This document shows positions 18,662 through 28,330 of a stretch of DNA of 64,000 bases, piece by piece. The position numbers and the translations under genes are program-made. The notes beneath the pieces were generated by a model. The model ran no database searches. It saw only the letters and a program-made list of their open reading frames with translations, and was not told the DNA's origin. The stretch covers positions 82,627 through 146,626 of the forward strand of contig JBBISL010000002.1 of assembly GCA_037441285.1 (NCBI GenBank), in the 5' to 3' direction. Numbering within the stretch: position 1 is the stretch's first letter; each line of letters opens with the position of its first letter. The DNA comes from a candidate division WOR-3 bacterium (GTDB lineage Bacteria > Hydrothermota > Tepidihabitantia > Tepidihabitantales > Tepidihabitantaceae).

Positions 18662-19705
18662 TCACCGTACCAGTTTTTCCCGGATAAATGTCGCCCGGCG
18701 CTCCTCCTGTTCCGCACCGGTCAGTTTTTCTCCTAAAATTACCTGTAAATTCGCTGGCCGAATTAAAATTAACAATTGGGAAACCTCGGCGAGTTTCAGT
18801 TCATTGATAATCCCCAGCGCCACCCCGAACCGCACCGTTGCCAGCAGGTTGGTCGCCTCTTCCATAGAGATGATACGCGCCCCGCGCAGAAGTCCCAGCG
18901 AACGAAACACCTTGTCTTCAACCTCAACCCTCAAATTGTGCATCAAAAACTGCCTTGCCTTGTGCTCATAATCAATAATCTGCCGGCAGACGCCACTGAC
19001 CACTTCCACAATTTCGGCTTCTGACTGCCCGAGTGTTTGTCGATTGGACACCTGAAATAAATTCCCCCGGGTTTCACTACCTTCGCCATATACACCCCGC
19101 ACGAGCAAACCAAGCGCGTATGCCCCGCGCAAAACCTTCTCAATTTCCCGGGTCAAAACAAGCCCGGGTAAATGAAGAAACACCGAAACCCGCAGCGCCG
19201 TACCGACATTGGTCGGGCAGGCGGTCAGAAACCCGAACTCGGGTGAAAAGGCATAAGCCAGTTGCCCTTCCAGTTTTTCATCCAGCTCAGCCGCTTTGCC
19301 AAAAGCCGTGGCAAAGTCAAAACCCGATGCCAGAACCTGAAACCGGATATGGTCCTCTTCATTGACCATCAAACTCACCGTCTCGTCCTCAGATACAAAA
19401 AGCCCTTTTCGGTTTTTACAGGTTATCAAATCGGGTGATGCCAGATGCCGCTCGACAAAATACATTCCATCCGGTTCGACCAGCATCTCCTCCTCGAAAA
19501 ACTGCCCCTGTTTTAAGTAACCAGTGTCGGCAAGCGCCCAGCGCACCGTCTCTAAAACCAGCTCTTGCTCAAATTGCTTCATTCTCACCACAAAGGGAAC
19601 ATCGACCAGATTACGGGCAAAACGCACCCGGGTTGAAATAACGACATCAGAATCCGGTCCGCTACCGGACAACCAGGCACCAATCTTCTCAGGAGCCAGT
19701 TTCAT
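18662..19705 (-). CDS. mcsB: Protein arginine kinase
   Basis: ISTRVRFARN, MVNEEDH, LTACPTNVGT, VRGVYGEGS, QVSNRQTLG. Confidence 0.92.
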   Translation of the reverse strand: MKLAPEKIGAWLSGSGPDSDVVISTRVRFARNLVDVPFVVRMKQFEQELVLETVRWALADTGYLKQGQFFEEEMLVEPDGMYFVERHLASPDLITCKNRKGLFVSEDETVSLMVNEEDHIRFQVLASGFDFATAFGKAAELDEKLEGQLAYAFSPEFGFLTACPTNVGTALRVSVFLHLPGLVLTREIEKVLRGAYALGLLVRGVYGEGSETRGNLFQVSNRQTLGQSEAEIVEVVSGVCRQIIDYEHKARQFLMHNLRVEVEDKVFRSLGLLRGARIISMEEATNLLATVRFGVALGIINELKLAEVSQLLILIRPANLQVILGEKLTGAEQEERRATFIREKLVR

Positions 19706-20186
19706 CCTCTCTCCGTTTCAGAAGGTCCCGCAGTGCCGCTGCCTTTTCATAGTCCTCTTGCTTTATCGCCTTTTCCAGTTCGGCGCGCAACCGCTGGATC
19801 TCAAGACGTTCCTGGGCACGCTTTCTTCCCTGATTTGCCGTTTTCCCGATATGCTGCACTGAACCGTGCAAGCGCCGGATTATCGGTCTCAACTTCTCGG
19901 CGAACGCCTGATAACAATCAGCGCACCCAAGTTTTCCCACCCTTTTAAACTCAGCAAAACTCATCCCGCAACGCGTACAGACAACCTTGGCATCACTCTC
20001 ATCCACCTTCGCTTTTAATTCGGTAATAACCGCGCCGCTTTCGGGCAGAGACTCCTCAACTCCGGTCAACCCTCTTTTCTTAGCACATTCAGCACAGACA
20101 TTCAAATCGGTCGCCTTCCCATCTTTATCAAGCTGTCGCACCACCAGCGTCGCCTCTTTCTTTCCGCAGATATCACACAGTTTCAT
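19689..20186 (-). CDS. mcsA: McsB activator (CxxC motifs + UVR domain)
   Basis: CDIC, CAEC, CTRC, GCADCY and C-terminal EDYEKAAALRD. Start ATG 20186 after GGAGG. Confidence 0.9.
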   Translation of the reverse strand: MKLCDICGKKEATLVVRQLDKDGKATDLNVCAECAKKRGLTGVEESLPESGAVITELKAKVDESDAKVVCTRCGMSFAEFKRVGKLGCADCYQAFAEKLRPIIRRLHGSVQHIGKTANQGRKRAQERLEIQRLRAELEKAIKQEDYEKAAALRDLLKRREDETGS

Positions 20187-20859
20187 CTTCCAGCCTCCCA
20201 TCGCACAACCTTAATCTTCTTTGCGCCCGACCTGCCAGTGTCTCATTGTGGGTGACAACCAGAATCGTTCTCCCTTTCTCTTCACTCAGCTTCACAAGCA
20301 ACTCCATCAGAGCCGTTGCCGACCTTGTGTCCAGATTCCCGGTCGGTTCATCAGCAAACACCACTGCCGGCGTATTTGCCAGCGCCCGTGCTACCGCTAC
20401 CAGCGCCCGCTCTCCACCCGAAAGTTCGCCCGGACGATGCTGCAACCGCGTCGTAAAACCCACCTCCTCCAGCACCTGTTTTGCTTTAGTCAACGCAACT
20501 TGCCGTTCAATACCGGCAATGAGCAAAGGCATCGCAACATTTTCCAGCACGGTAAACTCGGCCAAAAGGTGATGAAACTGAAACACAAAACCGACCTTCT
20601 GGTTGCGCAACTCCGGCAACCTTGATTCAGGATACTTAAAAATATCAATGGAATCAAGGATAACCCTGCCTTTATCGGGCCGGTCCAGCCCGCCAAGAAT
20701 GTGCAAAAGCGTTGACTTACCGGACCCGGACGGACCAACAATCGCCACCAGTTCACCTCGGTGTACTTCAAATTGGACGCCTTTCAGCACATCCAGTTTT
20801 TCTGGCCCGGTCTTAAAACTGCGCCACAGCCCTTCCGCAATCAACACCGGCTCACTCAT
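20173..20859 (-). CDS. lolD: Lipoprotein-releasing ABC transporter ATPase
   Basis: GPSGSGKSTLLH, GFVFQFHHLL, LSGGE, FADEPTGNLD. Start revised to ATG 20859. Confidence 0.9.
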   Translation of the reverse strand: MSEPVLIAEGLWRSFKTGPEKLDVLKGVQFEVHRGELVAIVGPSGSGKSTLLHILGGLDRPDKGRVILDSIDIFKYPESRLPELRNQKVGFVFQFHHLLAEFTVLENVAMPLLIAGIERQVALTKAKQVLEEVGFTTRLQHRPGELSGGERALVAVARALANTPAVVFADEPTGNLDTRSATALMELLVKLSEEKGRTILVVTHNETLAGRAQRRLRLCDGRLEDETV

Positions 20860-22117
20860 AACGGATCGCCTCCACCGGTTGCAGCTTTGCTGCCCGGTAA
20901 GCAGGATAGATAGTCGCCGCAAAGGTGATAACCAGCGCCGACAAACAGACCACAGCAAAATCCTGCCACTGCATCTGCACCGGTAGATTTTTAATAAAAT
21001 ACACATCACCCGGTAAATTAACAAAACGGTAACGGTTCAAAAGCCAGGACACGACGAACCCGAACACCGCGCCCAATCCGGTGCCAATAACACCAATTAA
21101 GGCACCCACGAGCATAAATATCCGGGTGATACTGGGTGATTTCGTACCAATCGTTTTCAAAATTCCAATCTCCCGGGTTTTTCTGATGACCATCATCGTC
21201 AGCATACCGATGATGTTAAATGCCGCCACCAGTACAATAAGCACCAGCACAATAAATGTCACCGTCTTTTCCAGTCGCAGCGCCGTAAAGAGGTTTTTGT
21301 TCTGCGTTATCCAGTCAATCGCTCGAAATGGCATATCCAGTTTCATTGCAATTCGGCGCGCCACCCGTCCCGCATTGTCCACATCAACCACCCGTACTTC
21401 ATAACCGTTCACCTTACCGGACAGCCCCAGAAACTCCTGGAGGTCACCTAAATCAACAAACACGAAACTGGCGTTGTACTCATACATCCCGGCATCGAAA
21501 ACACCGTTGACCCGGAAGGACTTTGTCCTGGGCAGATAACCCAGAGGCGTACCCGTACCGGAAAACGGCGAGGCAAGTACGATTCGGTCACCAACAAACA
21601 CCCCTAAGGACCTTGCCAGTTCCACGCCGATGACAACACCGGAAGAGTCAAAAGAGAACGAACCCTCAACAACACTCCGGGCGATATCGGTCAATTTGCC
21701 TTCCAGTGCCGGTTCTACCCCGCGTACCACACCACCTTCGACCAGTGCACCCGCCTTCATTAAAATCTTTGAATAAAGAAACGGTGCTACCTCGGTTACT
21801 CCGGGCACACTTCTGATTTTCGCTACTATCGTATCGCCCGGTCCAGTGTAATCAATCGGCTTGTACCCGTACTGAGAAACCACGATATGGGGTGATGAAC
21901 CAAGAATCCTGTCCCGCAACTCCTTATGAAACCCATTTTGGACCGAAAGGACGATGATAATCGCCGCCACGCCAACAAAAACTCCGCCCATCGCTATCGT
22001 TGCGTTGCCGGAAAAAAACCTCTTTCCCCGCCCTTTTAGATAACGCCGGGCAATAAAAAACTCAAACGCCAGCCGGCGACTGAAAGAACTTTCCCGAAGC
22101 GGACTGTCCTCACCCAT
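20852..22117 (-). CDS. Lipoprotein-releasing ABC transporter permease (LolC/E)
   Basis: FIARRYL, VLSVQNGF, LVAAFNII, EIGILKTIG, IYPAYRAAKLQPVEAIRYE. Confidence 0.9.
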   Translation of the reverse strand: MGEDSPLRESSFSRRLAFEFFIARRYLKGRGKRFFSGNATIAMGGVFVGVAAIIIVLSVQNGFHKELRDRILGSSPHIVVSQYGYKPIDYTGPGDTIVAKIRSVPGVTEVAPFLYSKILMKAGALVEGGVVRGVEPALEGKLTDIARSVVEGSFSFDSSGVVIGVELARSLGVFVGDRIVLASPFSGTGTPLGYLPRTKSFRVNGVFDAGMYEYNASFVFVDLGDLQEFLGLSGKVNGYEVRVVDVDNAGRVARRIAMKLDMPFRAIDWITQNKNLFTALRLEKTVTFIVLVLIVLVAAFNIIGMLTMMVIRKTREIGILKTIGTKSPSITRIFMLVGALIGVIGTGLGAVFGFVVSWLLNRYRFVNLPGDVYFIKNLPVQMQWQDFAVVCLSALVITFAATIYPAYRAAKLQPVEAIRYE

Positions 22118-22120
22118 CAG

Positions 22121-23584
22121 TTATTTTTCCTTCTTCAACTGCGGAAAAAGAATCACATCGCGAATTGAATCCTGATTGGTAAAAAGCATCACCAGCCGGT
22201 CGATGCCAATCCCCAAACCGCCGGTAGGCGGCATTCCATATTCGAGGGCACGACAGTAGTCGTCGTCCACGGTAGCGAACTCTTCATTCCGTTGCACCGC
22301 CTCCTCAAATCGCTGCCGTTGCTCCAGCGGGTCGTTCAATTCACTGAAGGCGTTACCGACCTCCAGCCCGCACACCACCGGTTCAAACCGCTCAACCAAT
22401 CGCCCATCATTCCGATGCGGCTTTGCCAGTGGTGTTGTCTCTTTGGGATAGTCCATCACAAAAGTGGGCTCAATAATACTGTCCTGAATCAACTCACTGA
22501 ACAACTTATCAAGTAACTTTGCCCGTGATGTCCCGGGTTTAACTTCGATTCCAAAACGCGCCGCCACCTTTGTCAACAACCCATCACTTAACTCCAGCGG
22601 ATTGGCTTCAATTTTCTCCTGCAGTGCCTCAACAAATCGCAACCGGCGCCAGGGCCTACCAAAGTCAATTTTGTGCCCGCCAAACTCAATCTCGGTCCTG
22701 CCGTACAACTCCTGCGCCAGGAACTTAAAAAGTTCTTCGACCAGTGCCATCATATCGTAATAGTCGGCGTAAGCCTGATATAGTTCCATCTGGGTAAACT
22801 CCGGATTGTGAAACCGGTCCAGACCCTCATTCCGAAAATCCTTGCCAATTTCGTATACCCGCTCCAGCCCGCCGACGATCAACCGTTTCAGATACAACTC
22901 ATCCGAGATTCTTAAAAACATCTCCTGTTCCAGCACATTGTAATAAGTTTGAAATGGCCTTGCTGCCGCGCCGCCATAGATTGGCTGTAAAACTGGCGTC
23001 TCCACTTCAATGAAACACCGTTCATCAAGAAACTGTCGGAGAAGGCGGATTATATTTGCCCGGATTTCAAACACCCGGCGTGAATCCTGATTCACTAAAA
23101 GGTCAAGATACCGTTGCCGATAGCGCGTCTCGACATCACGCAACCCATGAAACTTCTCCGGTAGCGGCTGGAGTGACTTGGCAAGCAGTTGCCACTCCTT
23201 TACATGGACCGTCACTTCACCGGTTTTGGTCTTAAAAACCTCACCCCGCAACCCGAGCACATCCCCGATGTCCAGCAGTTCCAGTTGCTCATAAACCTCC
23301 TGCCCCAGGGTATCCTGCCGCAGGTAAATCTGCAACTTACCGCTTTGGTCCTGGATATGACCAAACTGCGTCTTACCGTGTCGGCGCCGGGTTAGAAGCC
23401 GACCGGCAACACTCACCTCCTTGCCCTGAAGCGTCTCAAAATTCTCCAGCACCTCAGCGGCAAAGTGGGTCCGCGCAAACCGGTAGGCATAGGGCAGAAT
23501 TCCCTTCTCCCGCAACTGGGCAAGTTTTTGCATCCGAACTTCATAACCTATCGGAGTTGAAGGTTGAAATTCATTGCCACTCAT
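22121..23584 (-). CDS. lysS: Lysine--tRNA ligase (class II)
   Basis: RYRQRYLDL, FRNEG, HNPEFT, YGMPPTGGLGIGIDRL. Start ATG 23584. Confidence 0.96.
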   Translation of the reverse strand: MSGNEFQPSTPIGYEVRMQKLAQLREKGILPYAYRFARTHFAAEVLENFETLQGKEVSVAGRLLTRRRHGKTQFGHIQDQSGKLQIYLRQDTLGQEVYEQLELLDIGDVLGLRGEVFKTKTGEVTVHVKEWQLLAKSLQPLPEKFHGLRDVETRYRQRYLDLLVNQDSRRVFEIRANIIRLLRQFLDERCFIEVETPVLQPIYGGAAARPFQTYYNVLEQEMFLRISDELYLKRLIVGGLERVYEIGKDFRNEGLDRFHNPEFTQMELYQAYADYYDMMALVEELFKFLAQELYGRTEIEFGGHKIDFGRPWRRLRFVEALQEKIEANPLELSDGLLTKVAARFGIEVKPGTSRAKLLDKLFSELIQDSIIEPTFVMDYPKETTPLAKPHRNDGRLVERFEPVVCGLEVGNAFSELNDPLEQRQRFEEAVQRNEEFATVDDDYCRALEYGMPPTGGLGIGIDRLVMLFTNQDSIRDVILFPQLKKEK

Positions 23585-23669
23585 CGGCAAAACTATATCC
23601 AGCACCCCTCCAAAGTCAACTCAGTCCGCCACTGGACATCGACTTATAACATTTATAAAATTTTATCGG

Positions 23670-24122
23670 ATGTTCCGTATTCTCTGCCTTGACCTCGGTG
23701 AACGTCGTACCGGCGTGGCGATTTCCGACGAAACCCGCACCATCGCCCAGAGCCTGACCACCATTTCCCACAAGAACCCGGAAGAACTCATCACCGTACT
23801 TAAGCGCATCAGTGCTGATTATAATGTAGGACGCATTGTCATCGGTTTGCCCCTAAGTCTCTCCGGTAAACCCAGTACCCGCTCAGAAAAAATCCGCCAG
23901 TTTGCCCTTAGAGTGAGTAAAGAACTTTCCCTGCCGGTCGAACTGTTTGATGAACGCTTCTCAACCAACCGTGCCCATGATACTTACACCGAAGTAACGG
24001 GCCGGCGCTTTCGTCCTCCTGCCACCCGGCGCCGGCAGGCAACCTCTCCTATTGACCGGATTGCCGCTACAATTATTCTTGAAAACTACCTCGCACAGCC
24101 CGGTCATCAAAACGAAAGGTAA
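23670..24122 (+). CDS. ruvX: RuvX/YqgF nuclease
   Basis: ILCLDLGERRTGVAISD, VIGLP, DERFST, DRIAATIIL. Start revised to ATG 23670. Confidence 0.9.
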   Translation: MFRILCLDLGERRTGVAISDETRTIAQSLTTISHKNPEELITVLKRISADYNVGRIVIGLPLSLSGKPSTRSEKIRQFALRVSKELSLPVELFDERFSTNRAHDTYTEVTGRRFRPPATRRRQATSPIDRIAATIILENYLAQPGHQNER

Positions 24123-24125
24123 ACG

Positions 24126-25106
24126 ATGCGCCGTAAATTAAAGTTCCCGACACCTTCTTTTTATTTACCGCTCATCCTTCTCGTAATAACCTGTACCGAA
24201 ACGCTTCCTCCCGCCTTCACCGGTCCCAAAAAAGAAATTACTATCACACCCGGAATGTCCATCACCGCCATCGCCGAAAGTCTCCGGCAGCGCCAGGTTA
24301 TCAACTCAGTCCTCATCTTTCGCTTCCTTGCCTGGTTGAACAACTATGAGACCCGCATCCAGCCCGGACGGTATCGTTTTGGTCCCAACACCGACCCGCA
24401 ACTTGTATTAAAAACATTGGCTCGTGATGTCCCCGCCCTCTTGATGGTAACCATCCCTGAAGGCTACACATCGCGCCAGATTGCCCAACTTCTCGCCCAG
24501 AATGGTATCTGTCTTGCGGACAGTTTTCTTGCCGCCTGCACCGACACCGTCCTGCTGCGTTCCCTTGACATCCCCTTCAATTCAGCCGAAGGTTATCTCT
24601 TCCCCGAAACTTACGAATTCCAGACCGGCTCGGACCCTCACTCCATTGTCCGCCGCCTGGTGCGTCAGTGCCGGCTTGTTCTTACCGACCTCAAAAAAGA
24701 AGCCCGGGTTAACTTAAAAGAGCCCCAGGTTATTATCCTCGCTTCAATTGTCGAAAAAGAGGCAAAAGTTCCTGAAGAGTTCCCGATAATCGCCGGCGTG
24801 TTCTATAACCGTCTTCGGCGCAATCTGCCGCTGCAGTCCTGCGCTACTGTTGAATTCGCCCTGCCCAAACCCAAAGAACGGTTGAGCCTTGACGACTTAA
24901 AAACCCCTTCACCTTACAACACCTACCTCCATAAAGGCTTACCACCCGGTCCCATCTGTAACCCGGGAAAACTGGCGCTCAAAGCCGCCCTCGCTCCTGC
25001 CCAGCACAACTACCTCTTCTTTGTCTCCCGGGGTGATGGCACCCACATCTTCTCAATCACTCCTCAGGAACATAACACCGCGGTGCATCGTATTCAAAAC
25101 CACTGA
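24126..25106 (+). CDS. mltG: Endolytic transglycosylase
   Basis: TIPEG, EGYLFPETY, ASIVEKE, SPYNTY...GLPPGPICNPG, YLFFV. Confidence 0.92.
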   Translation: MRRKLKFPTPSFYLPLILLVITCTETLPPAFTGPKKEITITPGMSITAIAESLRQRQVINSVLIFRFLAWLNNYETRIQPGRYRFGPNTDPQLVLKTLARDVPALLMVTIPEGYTSRQIAQLLAQNGICLADSFLAACTDTVLLRSLDIPFNSAEGYLFPETYEFQTGSDPHSIVRRLVRQCRLVLTDLKKEARVNLKEPQVIILASIVEKEAKVPEEFPIIAGVFYNRLRRNLPLQSCATVEFALPKPKERLSLDDLKTPSPYNTYLHKGLPPGPICNPGKLALKAALAPAQHNYLFFVSRGDGTHIFSITPQEHNTAVHRIQNH

Positions 25107-25119
25107 CCCCAGATTTTAC

Positions 25120-25154
25120 TTGACATTATTGTTAGTAAGTATATACTAACAATA
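25120..25154 (+). promoter_or_regulatory. sigma70 promoter overlapped by a palindromic operator
   Basis: TTGACA 25120-25125 and TATACT 25142-25147. Inverted repeat TATTGTTAGTA (25127-25137) / TACTAACAATA (25144-25154). Confidence 0.75.
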
Positions 25155-25960
25155 TGAACGAACCCTCTCTCCTGAAACTCCTTGGACTTTCGGATTATGA
25201 GGCACAGGTATATCTCGCCCTGTTAAAAGCAGGCCGGGTACGGGTGCGTGACCTCGTTCCCCTTGTCTCGGTACCCCGTTCCCAGATTTATGGCACCCTA
25301 AAATCGCTCGGACGCAAAGGACTTTGTAAGGAAAATCCCGGACAGTTTTTCTACTACTCACCCATTCCGCCTCAAACTGCTCTCCGCGCGCTATGGCAAG
25401 AGAAACAAGCCGAAATGAAGATGCTCAATGACCTCATCAAACACCTCGGCGAACTTTATCAAAACAGTACCCGCCACAATACCAGTGAGGTGTCAATTGA
25501 AGTGTTAAAGGGACCACATCTTACAACCTTTATAACCGCGGCTCTAAAAGAAGCGAAACATGATGTCAAAATCTTCGTCCGGCAGATGGCGGTAACTTCA
25601 CAAGAAAAACTGAATTATGGCACCAAACAAGAAATCCAGCTACTCAAACGGGGCGTTCGGGTCCGCTGTATCTACGACGCGGAGCACTGTATAAAACCCC
25701 AGTTAAAAACTATCTCCCCTTACCTCCATCAGGTGGTCCGGGCGGGCGAAGAGGCAAGGTTTTTTAAAACTCTGCCGATGAACTTAGTAGTTGTGGACGA
25801 CCGGGTTGCAACATTTTCCTTCCGCCACCCCACGAACAATGAAGTCACGATGTATGCGTTTCACTACCCGGAAATGGTACAGGTATTCAGCGCTTGTTTT
25901 GAATACTACTGGGAGAGAAGCGAAAAGTTAACTATCGCAAACCATAATAAAAGGAGTTAA
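25154..25960 (+). CDS. TrmB family transcriptional regulator
   Basis: LGLSDYEAQVYLALL...VPRSQIYGTLKSL wHTH, then a PLD-like effector domain (GVRVRCIY...LVVVDD). Confidence 0.85.
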   Translation: MNEPSLLKLLGLSDYEAQVYLALLKAGRVRVRDLVPLVSVPRSQIYGTLKSLGRKGLCKENPGQFFYYSPIPPQTALRALWQEKQAEMKMLNDLIKHLGELYQNSTRHNTSEVSIEVLKGPHLTTFITAALKEAKHDVKIFVRQMAVTSQEKLNYGTKQEIQLLKRGVRVRCIYDAEHCIKPQLKTISPYLHQVVRAGEEARFFKTLPMNLVVVDDRVATFSFRHPTNNEVTMYAFHYPEMVQVFSACFEYYWERSEKLTIANHNKRS

Positions 25961-25961
25961 T

Positions 25962-28328
25962 ATGTCATCACTTATAACCGTCTTGTTAATATTAACCTCA
26001 AGCCCGGTTGATTTGAACCAGGGCATTACCCTGCCTTCCTCTGAGCAAACTATCTACTACCGTAACATCATCCGTAACCCGCTATTTTCACCGACCGCTT
26101 CCCTTGCCCCAATTGGGCTTAAAAATGAGCGCCCAATGAGCCCAGAAACTGATGATTCGCTCAACCTTACTCTCCTTGGCGACTATAACCTTGCGGGCAA
26201 CTATTTGAATATGTCCGGCTGGCAGGTTAAATCTTTTGGCAACTACATCTTGTTCTCCTCTGGTGGCGGTTTCTATGTGTTCACCAAAGATAGCCTGCGC
26301 AAAGTCCAGGAAATCTCAGGACCGGGCTACATCTGGGACTTTGAAGTTCAGGGTAACTATGTATATAGTGCCAGTGGTGATAAAGGTCTTGTCGTATTTG
26401 ACCTCTCTTCACTAACCGGAAACCGGGTTGTGGCTCAGGTTGACATTCCGTACGAAGACCCGAACTACAACGAAATCTTTGGCTGGGGGGCAACAGGTAT
26501 TGACTTGATTGACACGATTGCCATTGTTACGGTTCGGGTCGGCGGTTTATATGTGTTTAACATCAGCGACCCAAGAAACCCGCGTCTTATTGGTTCCAAC
26601 ACTCAGGAAACTTGGTTGATGGATGCCCATATCCAGGACACGCTGGCATTTGTTACCCAGTACAACCCCGACCTCAACGATGCCTTTATCGTTTATAGTA
26701 TCGCCGACCCCACTAACCCGAGGATCGTTTCCACCGTTGCGAATCTTAGCCACGGGATGCGGTTTGCGATTCGGGACACGATTGCCTACATCCCGCGCCG
26801 CTACGCCGGCATCACAGCGATCAATATCGCCGACCCGGCAAATCCGGTAGTGCTGGGCACGCTCAGTCTACTTGAGGCCCAAAATGTTACTCTCTACCCC
26901 GCCGGTGAAACCCTCTATGCGTTTATCGCCAACCTTGACAATCTGGTCGTTGCCGACTTCTCCAATCCGGCAAATCCCTATGAAATCACCACCGTTAATG
27001 TACGTTCGACCGCCGACTACATTGACGGCAACCTCCTCTACCATCAGGGGCTTGCCGGTGCGGTACTCTATGACATCACCTATCCCTATAACCCTCAACT
27101 TGACACCTTCTATCTGTATCTCGGCAACCCCTATTATCTTCAGATTGAAGGCGATTATGCCTACATCTATGATTCCTATGGCTGTCTCCGTATTCTTGAC
27201 ATCACCCATCCCGACGACATCACGGAAATCTCTTATTACGACCGATTTCTTGATTCTATTCCTTCCGGTTCCTGGGCGTCTGATATTGGTGGTATGGTTA
27301 TCAAGGATGAGTATGCCTACCTGATTGTCCGCGGCTATCCCTGGTTCTGTTATCTTGCAATTGTCAAGATAACCGACCCGCGCACCCCCGATTGGGTCGG
27401 CACCAGAATGTGGCGCGATTATGCCGGCGGAAATCAACCTTTCGTGGAGGACAGCCTTGCCTATGTCCCGACCGCCCTTTCGGGTCAGACCTATCTGCGG
27501 ATTATTGACATTGGTGACCCGAACCAGATTGAGGACATCGGACAGCTTTTCTGGCCCACCTGGGCAGCCCTGGAAGTAAGCAAACAAGACAGTTTGCTAT
27601 TCCTCGCCGGTGGTTACGACCCCTGGACGCCTTCACCGACATCCAACGACCTCGGCATCGCAAGTGTTGCCCAACCACGGCTACCTCGGCTCATAACCGA
27701 GTTCACCACCCCAAATCAGTGCCGGGGTGTTGACCGGTTTTTAACTCGGGACTATCTTGCTCTTGCCGATTATGATGCCGGGGTCCATATCCTTGATGTC
27801 TCCAACCCCGCAACTCCTTATATCACCGGTACGGTAGACTTTACCGGCTATGTTGAAGATGTTCATATTGGTGGGAACCTTGTGTTCTGTGGGGCGGACG
27901 AAGAGTTTGCCGCCATTGACGCCCGGGACCTCAACAATCCCCAACTCTACGGCTATTATTATCTGATGCCCGTTTTCAGTATAAAGTACTCCGATGTGAC
28001 CGATGTTTGGTCTAAGGACGATTCAATCGGTGCCTGTATTAGTACCGGTGGATTGTTCCTCTTCCGCACGGGCTATGTCGGTATTGCGGAGAATAAAAAG
28101 AACCTCGGAACCAACCAGTTCGCCACCATTATTCGCGGGAAACTGAACCTCACTTCCTCCAATGTCCGCTCGGTCTCTAAAGTAGAACTTCTTGATGCCT
28201 CCGGTCGGCGGGTAATGCCCCTCTCTTTACAGGAAAATGACCTCTCCCATCTCAGCCCTGGTGTTTACTTTATACACTTTAAGGAAAACAGAAAAAATAA
28301 ATTCCAGCGGATAACCGTTGTCCAGTAA
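25962..28328 (+). CDS. Secreted LVIVD-repeat beta-propeller protein with short T9SS-like CTD
   Basis: Repeated G(L/V).(I/V).DIS(D/N)P..P units; CTD LLDASGRRV...LSPGVYF; SD AAGGAG. Confidence 0.85.
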   Translation: MSSLITVLLILTSSPVDLNQGITLPSSEQTIYYRNIIRNPLFSPTASLAPIGLKNERPMSPETDDSLNLTLLGDYNLAGNYLNMSGWQVKSFGNYILFSSGGGFYVFTKDSLRKVQEISGPGYIWDFEVQGNYVYSASGDKGLVVFDLSSLTGNRVVAQVDIPYEDPNYNEIFGWGATGIDLIDTIAIVTVRVGGLYVFNISDPRNPRLIGSNTQETWLMDAHIQDTLAFVTQYNPDLNDAFIVYSIADPTNPRIVSTVANLSHGMRFAIRDTIAYIPRRYAGITAINIADPANPVVLGTLSLLEAQNVTLYPAGETLYAFIANLDNLVVADFSNPANPYEITTVNVRSTADYIDGNLLYHQGLAGAVLYDITYPYNPQLDTFYLYLGNPYYLQIEGDYAYIYDSYGCLRILDITHPDDITEISYYDRFLDSIPSGSWASDIGGMVIKDEYAYLIVRGYPWFCYLAIVKITDPRTPDWVGTRMWRDYAGGNQPFVEDSLAYVPTALSGQTYLRIIDIGDPNQIEDIGQLFWPTWAALEVSKQDSLLFLAGGYDPWTPSPTSNDLGIASVAQPRLPRLITEFTTPNQCRGVDRFLTRDYLALADYDAGVHILDVSNPATPYITGTVDFTGYVEDVHIGGNLVFCGADEEFAAIDARDLNNPQLYGYYYLMPVFSIKYSDVTDVWSKDDSIGACISTGGLFLFRTGYVGIAENKKNLGTNQFATIIRGKLNLTSSNVRSVSKVELLDASGRRVMPLSLQENDLSHLSPGVYFIHFKENRKNKFQRITVVQ

Positions 28329-28330
28329 CA

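Noticed and set aside
18656..18664. mcsB TGA is in frame with selA (TGA GTT ATG), suggesting Sec read-through to a McsB-SelA fusion
   Set aside because: Downstream sequence is purine-rich with no convincing bacterial SECIS hairpin, both proteins are complete, and in-frame spacing occurs by chance one time in three.
20860..21024. N-terminal extensions in the ORF track (lolD, nadK, ruvX, lysS, apbE, spt, methyltransferase, 42744, 48200, 60757)
   Set aside because: They overlap neighbouring genes or promoter boxes; shorter starts fit SD, promoter and family length better.
26868..27587. Long antisense ORFs (also 28850-29449, 34234-34851, 59336-60046, 60086-60721)
   Set aside because: Shadows of well-supported genes on the opposite strand, with no recognisable motifs.
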